Source: a virus (lineage: Duplodnaviria > Caudoviricetes). From it: a DNA stretch of 39,180 nucleotides. This document shows positions 22,866 to 33,084 of the stretch, piece after piece. Location of the stretch: the IMG/VR virus record IMGVR_UViG_3300037313_000797, positions 1-39,180 of that record. One strand, written 5' to 3'. The stretch's first letter is position 1. The number at the start of each line of letters is the position of its first letter. The translations under genes were made by a program, and so were the position numbers. The notes under the pieces are model-generated. The model did no database searches. It saw only the letters and a program-made list of their open reading frames with translations, and was not told the DNA's origin.

Positions 22866-25800
22866 TTAGCCAACGCTTTGTGCGGCAGACATTTTGTTCA
22901 TGCCGCGCTTAATTCCTGCTTCAAAACTCATGTTCGTTAAATTCACGTACTCACCACTTGCTCCTGTGGTGATTTCCTGAATCAAAAGCTGAACAGCATC
23001 ACACTTTTGTTGTGGAAGGCGCTCGCGATACTGAAACGCTCCGCCCGTACTTGGAAACGAGAAGGCAACCGGGCTTGAGAATGTGGTGCTAAAGTCGTAA
23101 GCGGCGCTCACTTGAATGCCGTGACCTGCGCCTAAGAGATAATCTCCTAAGAACCCGATGCGCCTGATGCGTTGGAGCCCTTGAACGGATGCCATCGCAA
23201 TCCAGCCCGTTTTTGCCAGGAGCTGATAAGTGGTTGTGTCGTCTAAGAATGTAGACGTGCTCTCTTTAAAGATCTTTCCATCGGTTCTTGCGTAAACGTA
23301 AACGCCATTGCAAACGTCGGCAGAGTATCCTTGGTGATTTGTGAATGCCCCCCACTGGCCAAACACATAGTCAAAGACAAGCGTATTGCCTGAGGCGGTG
23401 AGAAATCTGACTTGGTTCTTGTCAAAGAGAAGCGTTGCCGCGGTGAAGGTTTGAGTGTTGAAGCTCTCAACCTCAGCACCAAAGTACTTGTCATTGAGGG
23501 AGCGATCTAAAAGATAAAACCCTTTGGATGTGTGTCTAAGCACGCCTAAAGGCAGAACGATGACGCTCTTAAGTTGATCGCATCCCGCATCACTTGGAAT
23601 AGTCTGCACTTGTGAGAATGTTGAGCCAGTGCCAGCGTCATTTGCTCCATCGCCGCTGACAAAAAGAAGGCCCGACTGTTTGAAGAACACGAGTTTATCA
23701 TCGAGTTCAGCCAGAGCAGTCATTGGGCCAAGTTTTGGATCGATATTGAGATAGAGCGCAAGGCTCATTCCGATGCCGTAACCAGGCTGATATGATTTTG
23801 AGTACCAAGCTTGATTAGGAGTCTCAGAGTCCACCATGTAGAGGCGGTTGAGTCGCGACTCAATGATCATGGAAGGGGGTGGAGCGTCGTTATCTAAGAT
23901 GCCACCGTTGGTATAGATGAATTGCTGGCCATCAAGCTGACTATCAGAGAGTGCGTCTGTGATCGTGACAAAAGTTCCGGTCGCAGAATTGAGCTTAATT
24001 GGGTCAGTGACCTGATAGTAGACGGTGCCGTTGTTCTTTGTGCGATAAAGGGCAACGGTAACGTTACTTTTCTGAGTCAGATAGGCAGCTGTTACCGTGA
24101 TTGAAACGGTCGATGAGCTGGTGCTCACCGTTGTCGCAGCAATGTTGGATGGGGCTGACTCATGGAAGTTTCCTTGAGAGTCAGTCCATTGGAACACGGC
24201 TTGATAGCGGTAAGTACCAGCAGCAACGCTTCCGCCACCGCCTGAGTTGTTAGTGATTGCTACAACTTCTGGTGGCAAATGAAAGCCAAGCTCTGCGCAA
24301 GTGAGTCCGTCATACATGGAGACGCACGCACCGTTTAAGATCATGAGATCATTTGCGGCAGTTGCGCGATTAATATTTGGGCTTGCAAAGTCAATTTGAA
24401 CCGATGCCCCACCAATCACACCAAAAACGTCTGTGGCAGAAAGTGGCGGCTGATTTGCCAAGAATTGAAAGCTTGCGGCGCACGAGTAGAGGACTTTCGT
24501 GGCGCTTAGCATCGACACGTTTGGAGTGCAGTTGATTTGACCGCCCGCGGGAAACACAGAGCAGACCGCATCGCCATAAAAGAAACGTGCGGTGACGATT
24601 GGCGTAAGCGTGTTTAGAGTCGCAAGAAAAAAGGTCGGATTATGAACAACTGGCGGCGAGAATGACCCGCCAAAGTTACCGCCACAATAGTAAAAGAACG
24701 CATAAGGCTGCGTGCCGATGAAAAAGGCACGAGAGCAGACGCGCACGCCTTGAGCGTATGGGGTGACTGCTGAGACTCCAGTGCCTGAAAGCGTTGTTCC
24801 AATGGAATAGGTGCTCTCAATGGCTGGCGTCCCTGAGTTGTAGGCCGTGAAGTAGAAGACTTGGCCAAGTGAGCTTGTGTTGAAAGCACACATGCCGCTC
24901 ACAAGAGTAGCGAGTCCAGTTGCAATCACAGTTGGCGCAAGGACACTAGCAAGAACCGATGAATAGATTGCGTACTTAATCTTTTGATCAGTCGTGTTGT
25001 AGTAGAGCCAGACGTTCCCAGTGGATGGATCCACCGCTTGAAAAACGAAATTGCCCGCAGTCGTGTCAGAAAGCGTTGCTGTATTGACTATATTTCCAGC
25101 CGTATCAACCGTGATGAGCTTAAGGGCGTTTACGGCGCCGCCCGATCTCAGCGGAGCAGTGAAGACTGCGCCTGTAGATGTGTTTGCGACGTCATAGCAA
25201 ACTGCAGAGACACCTGCGACAAACCCTTGCGATCCTTCAATTATGATCTCAGGGCCATACGACACGATGCCTGCGCTGGTTGTGATAATGCGCATCACAA
25301 GTTTCATCACCGTGTTGTAGTAGGTGACGGCAAGAGCACCTGATCCTAAGACAACGGCGCGAGGCTGGCAGCTTCCAAGGAAAAGGAAAGTCGAGCTATT
25401 CAGGTAGCTCACAATTGTTGGCGCAATGAGGTAACTACCGGTATTTGCGTCCACAAGCGCAATATAAACAGGAAGTCCGCTTGCGGTCGGGTTGCCGTAG
25501 TTTCCTTGCCATGTGTAGAGAATTTGTCCGTTTAAGTAAGCGCTATCGACATAGCCACCAACAGATGTTTGCTTCCAGACAAAGCTCTCTGAAAGTTCTG
25601 TAGAAATATACGGTCCGCGCTTAATCCATGCATCCAAGTCTTGTGAGTAGGAATATAGATATCCCTGATCCACGCAGACGGTCTCACTCCCGTAAGACTT
25701 GATCATCTTCGGACTGACAAGCGTTGTGCCGTTGACGATTGCGTTACTCATTTTCGAGTAACCGTTTCGTTTCGAGAGTCGCTTAGCGTTTGTGAAAACT

Positions 25801-25907
25801 GCGTTCTCAAGCTGAACGAACTTTCCAGGCACGACAAGCTTAGGATCAGTCTTTGTGTCTAACCCCATGCCTGCATCAATTGGGATGACTTGATCTTGCA
25901 GTGCCAT
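22866..25907 (-). CDS. Tail nozzle (tubular protein B-like)
   Basis: About 1013 aa, beta-rich; starts MALQDQVIPIDAGMGLDTKTDP...LENA...KRNG by TGATG overlap; podovirus synteny. Confidence 0.75.
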   Translation of the reverse strand: MALQDQVIPIDAGMGLDTKTDPKLVVPGKFVQLENAVFTNAKRLSKRNGYSKMSNAIVNGTTLVSPKMIKSYGSETVCVDQGYLYSYSQDLDAWIKRGPYISTELSESFVWKQTSVGGYVDSAYLNGQILYTWQGNYGNPTASGLPVYIALVDANTGSYLIAPTIVSYLNSSTFLFLGSCQPRAVVLGSGALAVTYYNTVMKLVMRIITTSAGIVSYGPEIIIEGSQGFVAGVSAVCYDVANTSTGAVFTAPLRSGGAVNALKLITVDTAGNIVNTATLSDTTAGNFVFQAVDPSTGNVWLYYNTTDQKIKYAIYSSVLASVLAPTVIATGLATLVSGMCAFNTSSLGQVFYFTAYNSGTPAIESTYSIGTTLSGTGVSAVTPYAQGVRVCSRAFFIGTQPYAFFYYCGGNFGGSFSPPVVHNPTFFLATLNTLTPIVTARFFYGDAVCSVFPAGGQINCTPNVSMLSATKVLYSCAASFQFLANQPPLSATDVFGVIGGASVQIDFASPNINRATAANDLMILNGACVSMYDGLTCAELGFHLPPEVVAITNNSGGGGSVAAGTYRYQAVFQWTDSQGNFHESAPSNIAATTVSTSSSTVSITVTAAYLTQKSNVTVALYRTKNNGTVYYQVTDPIKLNSATGTFVTITDALSDSQLDGQQFIYTNGGILDNDAPPPSMIIESRLNRLYMVDSETPNQAWYSKSYQPGYGIGMSLALYLNIDPKLGPMTALAELDDKLVFFKQSGLLFVSGDGANDAGTGSTFSQVQTIPSDAGCDQLKSVIVLPLGVLRHTSKGFYLLDRSLNDKYFGAEVESFNTQTFTAATLLFDKNQVRFLTASGNTLVFDYVFGQWGAFTNHQGYSADVCNGVYVYARTDGKIFKESTSTFLDDTTTYQLLAKTGWIAMASVQGLQRIRRIGFLGDYLLGAGHGIQVSAAYDFSTTFSSPVAFSFPSTGGAFQYRERLPQQKCDAVQLLIQEITTGASGEYVNLTNMSFEAGIKRGMNKMSAAQSVG

Positions 25908-26200
25908 CAGTTCACCCAGAGGGAGATTGTGCATGCTCCCGATGCAGTTAAGTTGATGTATGCCGTGTCCCAACTCGTTCTGTAGACGGTGACCGCTGCA
26001 TTAATATCAGTAATCACCCAGCGAGTAGGTGCTCTTCCAAGCTTGTGGGCAATCTGGTTTGAGCCAGAGGTGAGCGCAATATCGGTGAAAAGGTTTCCAC
26101 GAGTCAGTGGTGCAGTGTCGAGTGGTTGAATCGCCGCAGAAACGTTATCTTGAATCAGCTGCAAGTTCTGATCGTTTGTGTTGACTTGCTTAAAGGGCAT
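25907..26200 (-). CDS. Small tail-associated structural protein
   Basis: IAHKLGRAP motif; lies between adaptor and nozzle. Confidence 0.7.
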   Translation of the reverse strand: MPFKQVNTNDQNLQLIQDNVSAAIQPLDTAPLTRGNLFTDIALTSGSNQIAHKLGRAPTRWVITDINAAVTVYRTSWDTAYINLTASGACTISLWVN

Positions 26201-26937
26201 TACATTTCACCCCATGGATCGGCATAAGGATTAAGTCCAATCCCCATGGTGTCAGACACCGTTGCTGGAGATCCTGCGTCTCTTTGCTCTGCCATGGCTT
26301 GAATGCGCACGATCATGGCCTGCTTTTGGCCTAAGAGAACAGAAACGTCTGACTCTTCTTTTTGAAGTGCTTTGATTGCAGCATCAATGATCACGTACTC
26401 TTCCCATCCTGAGATTCCATCAAAGGTGTCAGTGTCGAGAGAGAGCGTGGATGGCTGCGGAATGTACCAAAGCTTAATTGTGAGACCAGCTTGTGGAAGG
26501 GGAGTGAACCAAATGCTGTTCCCCTCAAGCCGATATTTCATCGCAGAGTTTCTATAGAGGCTATTTACTCCATAAGGCGCGTAGCGATTGCGCTCAGCGA
26601 AGTTAAATGGCTTTAAGGTCTGCCAGATTTGTCCGCTTTGAGTTTGAAGATCGACTCCTAGGAGCTTATAAAAAGCAGATGCCCCACTGTAGAGCGTTCC
26701 ATCAGGAAGTGGGTAAGTGTCACTCGTGCCATCTGTCGTGAAAGTGACTGGAGTCGCGACATAGTAATCGTTTCCGTAGGCAGAAACGAGCAAGTCATAA
26801 AGCTCTTTATAGCTACTTGCTATATAAGAATTCCACTCCGCGTCCGTTACGAACGAAGAGTTGACCATATCTGCTCTGTACTTAGCTTGCGTGCGTACTG
26901 AGAGTAGCGTTGTCGTTCCAGGGCTAGGCATGGTCAA
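26200..26937 (-). CDS. Head-tail adaptor (tubular protein A-like)
   Basis: Helix-beta-helix layout (RADM...FVTDAEWNSYI...LWYIP...WEEYVIIDAAIK); synteny. Confidence 0.75.
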   Translation of the reverse strand: MTMPSPGTTTLLSVRTQAKYRADMVNSSFVTDAEWNSYIASSYKELYDLLVSAYGNDYYVATPVTFTTDGTSDTYPLPDGTLYSGASAFYKLLGVDLQTQSGQIWQTLKPFNFAERNRYAPYGVNSLYRNSAMKYRLEGNSIWFTPLPQAGLTIKLWYIPQPSTLSLDTDTFDGISGWEEYVIIDAAIKALQKEESDVSVLLGQKQAMIVRIQAMAEQRDAGSPATVSDTMGIGLNPYADPWGEM

Positions 26938-26947
26938 CCCCCTTTAC

Positions 26948-27184
26948 TTATTCAGCGTCTTCGTCGCCACCTTGAGCGTGAGCGAGAAGGGCATCGAGTG
27001 CGTCTTGAAGTCCAGCAATGGAGCCGTTCTTAAACGCGAGCATCATATCTTCGGCGATGATCTTAAGAGGTGAGCCTTCTCCCATGTCATCTTCTGACTT
27101 CACAGGTGCGGACTCTTCTCCGCCTGAAGGCTTAAGCTTTGATAAGATCACCGAGACGTTCTTTTTTTGATCGCCAATAATCAT
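26948..27184 (-). CDS. Small acidic hypothetical protein
   Basis: SD AGGGGTG; inside the structural operon. Confidence 0.7.
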   Translation of the reverse strand: MIIGDQKKNVSVILSKLKPSGGEESAPVKSEDDMGEGSPLKIIAEDMMLAFKNGSIAGLQDALDALLAHAQGGDEDAE

Positions 27185-27196
27185 TGGGTCACCCCT

Positions 27197-27616
27197 TTAG
27201 ATTGCGGTCGAATCTTTGAACGTGAAAGCGATGTAAAGACCTTCGCCTGATGCTGGGTCGGTTGCAGTGCCTGCAGAGTTGAAGAATTGAATCGTCAAGG
27301 AGCAGGTGCCTGCTACGGCCACGCTGTTTGCAACTACGGCCATATTAGGAGCGGCAGGAGCAGCGCCAGAGGTGCCAATCGTGTCAAACACAGGATCAAC
27401 ACCTAAGAGCTTGTTGTAGGTGTCAAGCATGCCTGCCTTGGTGCCAAACACGAAAACGTATTTGCCTGCAGAGCTGCGAGTGACAGAGACAACGCCTTTG
27501 CTGTTTGCAGCATCAAGCGTTGGAGCGCCTGACGCTCCGAACGTGACGTGAGCAAAGACTGTGGAAACTTTCTTTTCCAGCGTGAGCTGGAACTGAGTCA
27601 TGTAGCGATTTGCCAT
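27197..27616 (-). CDS. Capsid decoration/cement protein candidate
   Basis: Directly after the major capsid gene; beta-rich; SD AGGAAGG. Confidence 0.65.
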   Translation of the reverse strand: MANRYMTQFQLTLEKKVSTVFAHVTFGASGAPTLDAANSKGVVSVTRSSAGKYVFVFGTKAGMLDTYNKLLGVDPVFDTIGTSGAAPAAPNMAVVANSVAVAGTCSLTIQFFNSAGTATDPASGEGLYIAFTFKDSTAI

Positions 27617-27731
27617 TTTGTACCTTCCTTGGATCTGTGGGCGGTTTACTTTTTGCGCTTAGCCCCCTATTCGCAAAAAGGGGTGAGGGAAGTCCTTCCA
27701 TGGACAACCCCCACCCAGATCAAGGCGCCGA

Positions 27732-28952
27732 TTAAGCGCCGAGCTTCACGACGGCGTTGAAGCCTGGAGCGTTACAAGCGAGATTGCCGTAGAAGCCGAT
27801 GCGGCCTTCCACTGCGTCTGCGTTTGATACGCGAAGCTGATTGCCATCGCCGTAGTTGAGGATTTGTGGAGCTTCACCAAGGCTCTTAAGTTCCCAAGTA
27901 TCCATCGTGAGGAGGTACATGGTTTGAGCTTGGCAAGAACGATCCGAGAGAACCGTCACTACGCCGCCTGGAGCGTTGATCTGAATTCCACGGAATCCGA
28001 TCTCACCCATCTTAAGGTCAGTGAACTGAACCTTTGCGCCCATCGATTTCTCAAGGGCAGCGAAGGATACTGGATTGGTGACTGCGTACTTTGGAGATCC
28101 GCCTTCACGGTCCAGGTAAGCGCAGCCATCGATTGCAGCTTCTTCGATGGATTGAGCAGAGCCGTCGTAACGAAGGCCAGCCAAGCGAGTTGGGTCCACA
28201 GAGCGGTCAACGCCGAAGAAGTTATCGCCAGAGGTTGGATCAGAGCTTGGAAGCCAAGCAGCAAGACCCGACATTTTAGCATTGTTGTCGCCTTGAACGA
28301 GAAGGAAGTCGCCAGCGGTCCAGCCGGATGGAGTTCCTGCCGATCCACCCAGGGTGGTGGAAACAGTGACTTTGCCAAGCATACGATTCACAGCAATGAC
28401 GTATCCGACTGCAGCGCGAGGAGTGCCGCCATCGGTTGCGTTTGCTTGAATGGCTTGGTTGATTTCAAATCCAACAACGTCGCCGATGTTAGAGAGAGTG
28501 ATGACGCCAGTCGAGATCGATCCGATTGCGCCCAGCGAGCCCGTGCCGCTGCGGAAAAGGGCAGCGCACATGGAGTTCTCAATAGCGGTCCATGCGAGGT
28601 CAGCTTGAGTCTTGATGCCGCGAACGAAGGAACCCTTGTCAGAAGCCGAGGCCATCATTGTTTCGTTATCAACGGTGAAGATCGAATAATCTTTCACGCG
28701 CTTGATCATGAATTCTTGAGAACCGAAAGCGGTTTGGTTTGCTTGAGCGGTTGCAAAAGTTGCAGAACGTCCAGCAGTCGGTGCCGTGATGATTGGTTGT
28801 GGATAGACCTTACCGAGGAAGTCCGTAGATTTCTTCACGAGAGCAAAGAAAGGGTTACGGCGATAGATCATGTTTTGAACGGTTTGACCGTCATACAGTT
28901 CTTTAAGAACCGTCTGTGCGGCGGTCATATCTAAAAATTGAGATACAGCCAT
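27732..28952 (-). CDS. Major capsid protein
   Basis: 406 aa after scaffold; LKELY N-arm, ALFRSGTG, MSGLAAW, GNLACNAP; HK97-like layout. Confidence 0.85.
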   Translation of the reverse strand: MAVSQFLDMTAAQTVLKELYDGQTVQNMIYRRNPFFALVKKSTDFLGKVYPQPIITAPTAGRSATFATAQANQTAFGSQEFMIKRVKDYSIFTVDNETMMASASDKGSFVRGIKTQADLAWTAIENSMCAALFRSGTGSLGAIGSISTGVITLSNIGDVVGFEINQAIQANATDGGTPRAAVGYVIAVNRMLGKVTVSTTLGGSAGTPSGWTAGDFLLVQGDNNAKMSGLAAWLPSSDPTSGDNFFGVDRSVDPTRLAGLRYDGSAQSIEEAAIDGCAYLDREGGSPKYAVTNPVSFAALEKSMGAKVQFTDLKMGEIGFRGIQINAPGGVVTVLSDRSCQAQTMYLLTMDTWELKSLGEAPQILNYGDGNQLRVSNADAVEGRIGFYGNLACNAPGFNAVVKLGA

Positions 28953-29207
28953 TGTGATGCTCCATTTGGGTGAGCAAGCAGGGCGTGAAACGCAATCAGG
29001 CGATCACAAGCATCCGTGCTTGCGGTTGAGTGTTTGTTTCAGGCGCCCCAAATGGCAGATGGGCTTAATGCAATAGCAGAATGTGGTGTCCCACTAACGG
29101 GGGGATCTAGCAGACCGATCAAGTCTCATGGCAGTGGTAGTACTACTTGCTCTTTCAGATTAAAGCGTGATTATAGAAAGTCAAAAAGCGGCAAACTTTG
29201 CAGGGCT

Positions 29208-29411
29208 TTAGGCATCCGGATAGCGATCACGAAGAGAACCTCTAAAGTGCTCAAGCTCTGGATGCTGCTGAACCATGTATCTGAGCTTTCGAATGGAGAT
29301 ACCAAGGAGCCTTGCGGCCTTCGTCTTGTTACCGCGACAACGGGCCAAGGTCATTGCGACTGCTTGTAAGATGAGCTTATCTAGCGGCTCACCAGGACTC
29401 CAAAGAATCAT
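29208..29411 (-). CDS. Fis-family (HTH_8) DNA-binding protein
   Basis: TLARCRGNKTKAARLLGISIRKLRY is a Fis/NtrC C-terminal HTH; ATGA-coupled to scaffold. Confidence 0.85.
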   Translation of the reverse strand: MILWSPGEPLDKLILQAVAMTLARCRGNKTKAARLLGISIRKLRYMVQQHPELEHFRGSLRDRYPDA

Positions 29412-30331
29412 TGCCCGCGTCTCTCAAGGGCTGCCATCGCTCTTGCTACTGGATCATTGATCTTAGCCGAGGGTGATGCCGAAGAGGTTGTTGCAGCTGC
29501 CGATAGAGTTTTACTTGGAGCAGTTGGTTGCTTGCCGTTTTGCTCAGTTTCAGCAGGTTTTGGCGCAAATTTATTCTTAATCTTATTGGTCTCGTAGTAT
29601 TTTGAGATCTTTTCTTCCAAATGAGCTTCGATGAGGTCCAATGCTTCTTTGGATGAGAGGGCTTTTGGGCGCTTTCCTTCGCGTCCGGCTTCTTCCCACT
29701 CCTTCATGGCTGCCGCAAAGTGCTGCTTGATCACCGCGAGAACAGTTTCCGCAACCTCCGCCTGATCTTCACGCGCTGTAAGTTCATAAGTTTCCTTGTT
29801 TTGCTCAACAAATTCGATCACGCCCGTCTTGAACATCTCTTCTTGCTCTTGGACAGACTTCTCGGCGCGTTCCCTCTCTTCTTGAAGACGCTTTTGCTCG
29901 CGCTCTTCATAGGATTTATCGCGCTCTTCAAGTTCTTTGCGTAAAGCTGCAATCTGCTGCTCTGGAGTGAGTTTATTATCATTGAGAACTACGTTTGTAG
30001 CGTCCTCATAGCTAAACCCAGCACTCTTTAAAGCATCCAGTGGGTTAGTGACCTTTTGATTCACTTTGCCCTCAAGCTCTTGAATGCGCTTTAAGAGTTC
30101 AGCCTTCTCTTGATCAGCAGCCGATAGCTTCTTTGTTGCCTGCATCGCTTCTTTGCGCTGGCGAGCAAGCTTTGCAAGGAGTGCTGATGCTGTTTCTTTT
30201 GGTTGCGCATCACTTGTTGCTGCAGGCGCTTGAGCTTCAGGCGTAACTGGAGCCACAGGTGTTTCAGGCGCAGGAGTAATAGGAGTCTGGCCTTTCATCT
30301 CTTGAACAACGGACGTTAGTGAATCTGACAT
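29408..30331 (-). CDS. Capsid scaffolding protein
   Basis: Charged coiled coil with Pro/Ala-rich ends, between portal and capsid. Confidence 0.75.
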   Translation of the reverse strand: MSDSLTSVVQEMKGQTPITPAPETPVAPVTPEAQAPAATSDAQPKETASALLAKLARQRKEAMQATKKLSAADQEKAELLKRIQELEGKVNQKVTNPLDALKSAGFSYEDATNVVLNDNKLTPEQQIAALRKELEERDKSYEEREQKRLQEERERAEKSVQEQEEMFKTGVIEFVEQNKETYELTAREDQAEVAETVLAVIKQHFAAAMKEWEEAGREGKRPKALSSKEALDLIEAHLEEKISKYYETNKIKNKFAPKPAETEQNGKQPTAPSKTLSAAATTSSASPSAKINDPVARAMAALERRGQ

Positions 30332-30534
30332 GGATTGCCCTCGCTCATAATTCCAACAAAGTGGTGATAGACTTTGCCATTGGCCATCACGATGTATAGC
30401 CAGTTAGGGTTTGCGTTATCGTCAATGATGACGTTGAAATCTGGGTGATTGTCAGTGCGATAGTGCCGCGCCTGCGTCTCTCTGCTTGGATGACAGAAGA
30501 TCTTCTTTGCAATGGAGTTAGGCTTTTTATTCAC
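30316..30534 (-). CDS. Hypothetical protein
   Basis: SD GAGGAAGAGG, GTGA overlap. Confidence 0.6.
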   Translation of the reverse strand: MNKKPNSIAKKIFCHPSRETQARHYRTDNHPDFNVIIDDNANPNWLYIVMANGKVYHHFVGIMSEGNPCQIH

Positions 30535-30731
30535 GCCTCTTCCTCGCCGAGCTGCTCAATGGTTTCTTTGATGTATCGTGGGTCCATATGCTCAAGGCTT
30601 AGCTGTAAAAGCATCTCCCGCGCCTTGCGGAAGCCATTCATCCACACATCCTCAAGGCAATTATCACAACCACAGTTGCCGCCCTCGAAGTCGTTGACCG
30701 CCTCTTCTGCCACCTTCTCAATAAGCTTCAT
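30531..30731 (-). CDS. Hypothetical protein, paralog of 35461-35745
   Basis: MKLIE...GFRKAREM...GEEEA. Confidence 0.65.
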   Translation of the reverse strand: MKLIEKVAEEAVNDFEGGNCGCDNCLEDVWMNGFRKAREMLLQLSLEHMDPRYIKETIEQLGEEEA

Positions 30732-32650
30732 GCAACCCCCGGAACATTAGGGATTAGATCGCTTTGTGGTTGAGCCATTGGAGCTGCTTGCGGTGCAGCG
30801 CCTGGAAGTCCTGGGCCTGTACCAGGCATTGGTGCGCCTGGACCTGCTTGTGGCTGGCCTAGAAGTGGGGCATTGAGCTGGCTCATGAAATCTCGGAGCA
30901 GCTGCAAGTTAGCCTCTGGCATATTGTTGAGTTTGCCTTGCTGGTAATACTCAAGTGCTAACTCACGCGCTAGCTGCACGTCATCGTAAGGAATTTCAGG
31001 TGCTGTATAGATCTCAGCGACGTCTGCGTTCTCGTCTTCCAAGTCCGCATCGACCATTTTTTCTAGGATCTTATGGAGATAATCTTCCTTGGCTGATTCG
31101 AGATCCTCCACTGCTTCAAGATCCGGGAAGTCCAAGAGGCGTCTTGCGGTGCGAGGGGTGATGAACCCAGCTTGCACGTACTCTTGCACGGTTTGAAGGC
31201 GTCCGGCAGGGTCATTGGGCAATGAGGACACTGGAAAGATTTTGAGGAAGTACTCATCCTCTTCAAGATCGATGTCCTTCCAGTCAATCGTCTCAATAAA
31301 TTTCTTACCAGGGACTTTAACTTCATATTTGCCCTCGCGAGTGTAGATATCTTTTGCGCAATCAACGGTGAGTCGAGCAAGCTCTAAGAAGAAGCGCTCA
31401 TAGGCTTGGCCAATCGTCATGAAACGATCAGACTCAATGTCGTTATACTCTCTGAGCGCCTTGCCAGAGTTCAGTCCAGCAGGCTTTTGAGCGGACGCCG
31501 AGAGTTGAGAGACGCCAAGTTGCTCAAATGCAGCGGTCTTTAAGTTTTGAAGCTGCTGATAAAGCTCAATTGGCACTGCGTTTGGAGTGACATATTGTGG
31601 AGCTTCTTGCACGTATTCGATGATGAGCGCAATGTCATTCGTGAAGTGCGCCTTTGGAATCTTGTTTCCGATTTTACTGAAGATCTTGAAAGTGCCCGCC
31701 ATGTGAATGGAGCGCTGAATGACCCAAAGGATCTTGTTGATCTCGTATTGGATGTTTTGAATTTGTTCTGCACCGCCTTGTGCCCAGTGACCATAAAGTC
31801 TTGGACCCCAAGAAAAGCGTGCAAACGGGAAGAATGGCTTTTTCCACTCTTCTTCCATGAGAGAGTCTTCTTCAAGGCAGATCGTATGCATGCCATCGCC
31901 TGCTTCTGGGCCCGATGGCAAGTGCCATGATTCAATGACAGTGACTTGATCTGCCATGATCATGCTTGCTGATGCTGCACCTAGGTTTGCGCCCTTGGCC
32001 TTCTCAATTGCAGCCTTCTTCTCAGGGAAGAGATCAATCAATACTTGGCGATCGACGTTTTTCACGCGGTGAAGCTGGCGAGGATTGCCGTAGTAAGCCT
32101 CAAACCAATCCACATAAAGCTCAGATACAAGCGTGCGCTCGTATTTCACGCGCCCATAGTGCTCAAACACCTGCACAAGACCGTCGCCCAGCACGCCGCC
32201 GTCGCGGAATACTTGCGTGCCTAAGTGATAGGCGTCGTTTTCATAGAAGCAGCCCTCTACAAACTTATCGAGCTTCTTAGCCTTGCGCTGGAGTTTCCAG
32301 TTACCACCTGAGGTGAGAAAGAGTGGCTTTGGTTTGTTCTTTGAAATCTTACTTGTTACCGTATCAATCGCCGATTGCACCACGTTGTAGGTGAGTCGCT
32401 CTTTGATCGTAGGTTGTTGAGCTGCAGCCTTGGCGGTTGTAAGGCCAGTAACTCCTAAGAGCTGCGTGTTGCCGTAAAGTTTTGCTGATAGCTCATACTG
32501 GGTTTGGCGAACTGAATCGTATTTCGCGAGATGCTGAACAACGGCGTAAACGCTTTTTGCTCGCTCTGATTTCTTGACCGCCCACCAGCGCTTATTGATC
32601 GCCGTTTGATCATCGGAACCCTTGTTCACTACCGTGTAATCGATTGCCAT
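30728..32650 (-). CDS. Portal protein
   Basis: 640 aa downstream of TerL; YNVVQSAIDT, FPFARF, SGKALR; Pro/Gln-rich tail like P22-type portals. Confidence 0.85.
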   Translation of the reverse strand: MAIDYTVVNKGSDDQTAINKRWWAVKKSERAKSVYAVVQHLAKYDSVRQTQYELSAKLYGNTQLLGVTGLTTAKAAAQQPTIKERLTYNVVQSAIDTVTSKISKNKPKPLFLTSGGNWKLQRKAKKLDKFVEGCFYENDAYHLGTQVFRDGGVLGDGLVQVFEHYGRVKYERTLVSELYVDWFEAYYGNPRQLHRVKNVDRQVLIDLFPEKKAAIEKAKGANLGAASASMIMADQVTVIESWHLPSGPEAGDGMHTICLEEDSLMEEEWKKPFFPFARFSWGPRLYGHWAQGGAEQIQNIQYEINKILWVIQRSIHMAGTFKIFSKIGNKIPKAHFTNDIALIIEYVQEAPQYVTPNAVPIELYQQLQNLKTAAFEQLGVSQLSASAQKPAGLNSGKALREYNDIESDRFMTIGQAYERFFLELARLTVDCAKDIYTREGKYEVKVPGKKFIETIDWKDIDLEEDEYFLKIFPVSSLPNDPAGRLQTVQEYVQAGFITPRTARRLLDFPDLEAVEDLESAKEDYLHKILEKMVDADLEDENADVAEIYTAPEIPYDDVQLARELALEYYQQGKLNNMPEANLQLLRDFMSQLNAPLLGQPQAGPGAPMPGTGPGLPGAAPQAAPMAQPQSDLIPNVPGVA

Positions 32651-32663
32651 CCTTGGCTCTCTT

Positions 32664-33002
32664 TCAGTTTATGGACTGCATTTCATCACTTGCGTCGCCC
32701 GCATCCTGCAGGCGCTTTAGCTCTTGCATCTGATCGTAAAAAGGCGTGCTCATGAGAAGCAGCTCATCATGAGTAGGTAAGCCCTCAGAGGTGAGTTCAA
32801 TCGGCTCTTGTGGCTCTAGCGCAGCTTCGGGAGTGGCGGCTGAGTGATCGCCTTGAAGGGAAGTCGAGGTAGCAACCTTCTTAGCCTTTTTCTTCACTCT
32901 TTTTGGCGCATGGAAGCTGACCGCAAATCCCCCCATGGTCATCTCTTTTACGCCAAACTGCCTTGCAAGCTTTAAGATCTTCCTGATCTCTGATGCTTTC
33001 AT
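32664..33002 (-). CDS. Hypothetical protein
   Basis: SD GGGAG; between TerL and portal. Confidence 0.7.
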   Translation of the reverse strand: MKASEIRKILKLARQFGVKEMTMGGFAVSFHAPKRVKKKAKKVATSTSLQGDHSAATPEAALEPQEPIELTSEGLPTHDELLLMSTPFYDQMQELKRLQDAGDASDEMQSIN

Positions 33003-33084
33003 TCCACTCCCTTTGTGTCATCTCACTCTCATCATCCTTGATGAGCAATCGCGCATGGTCATGATGTGATTTGTTGAATGATAT

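Noticed and set aside
27864-28934. 356-aa plus-strand ORF
   Set aside because: Antisense to the major capsid gene; explained by codon bias
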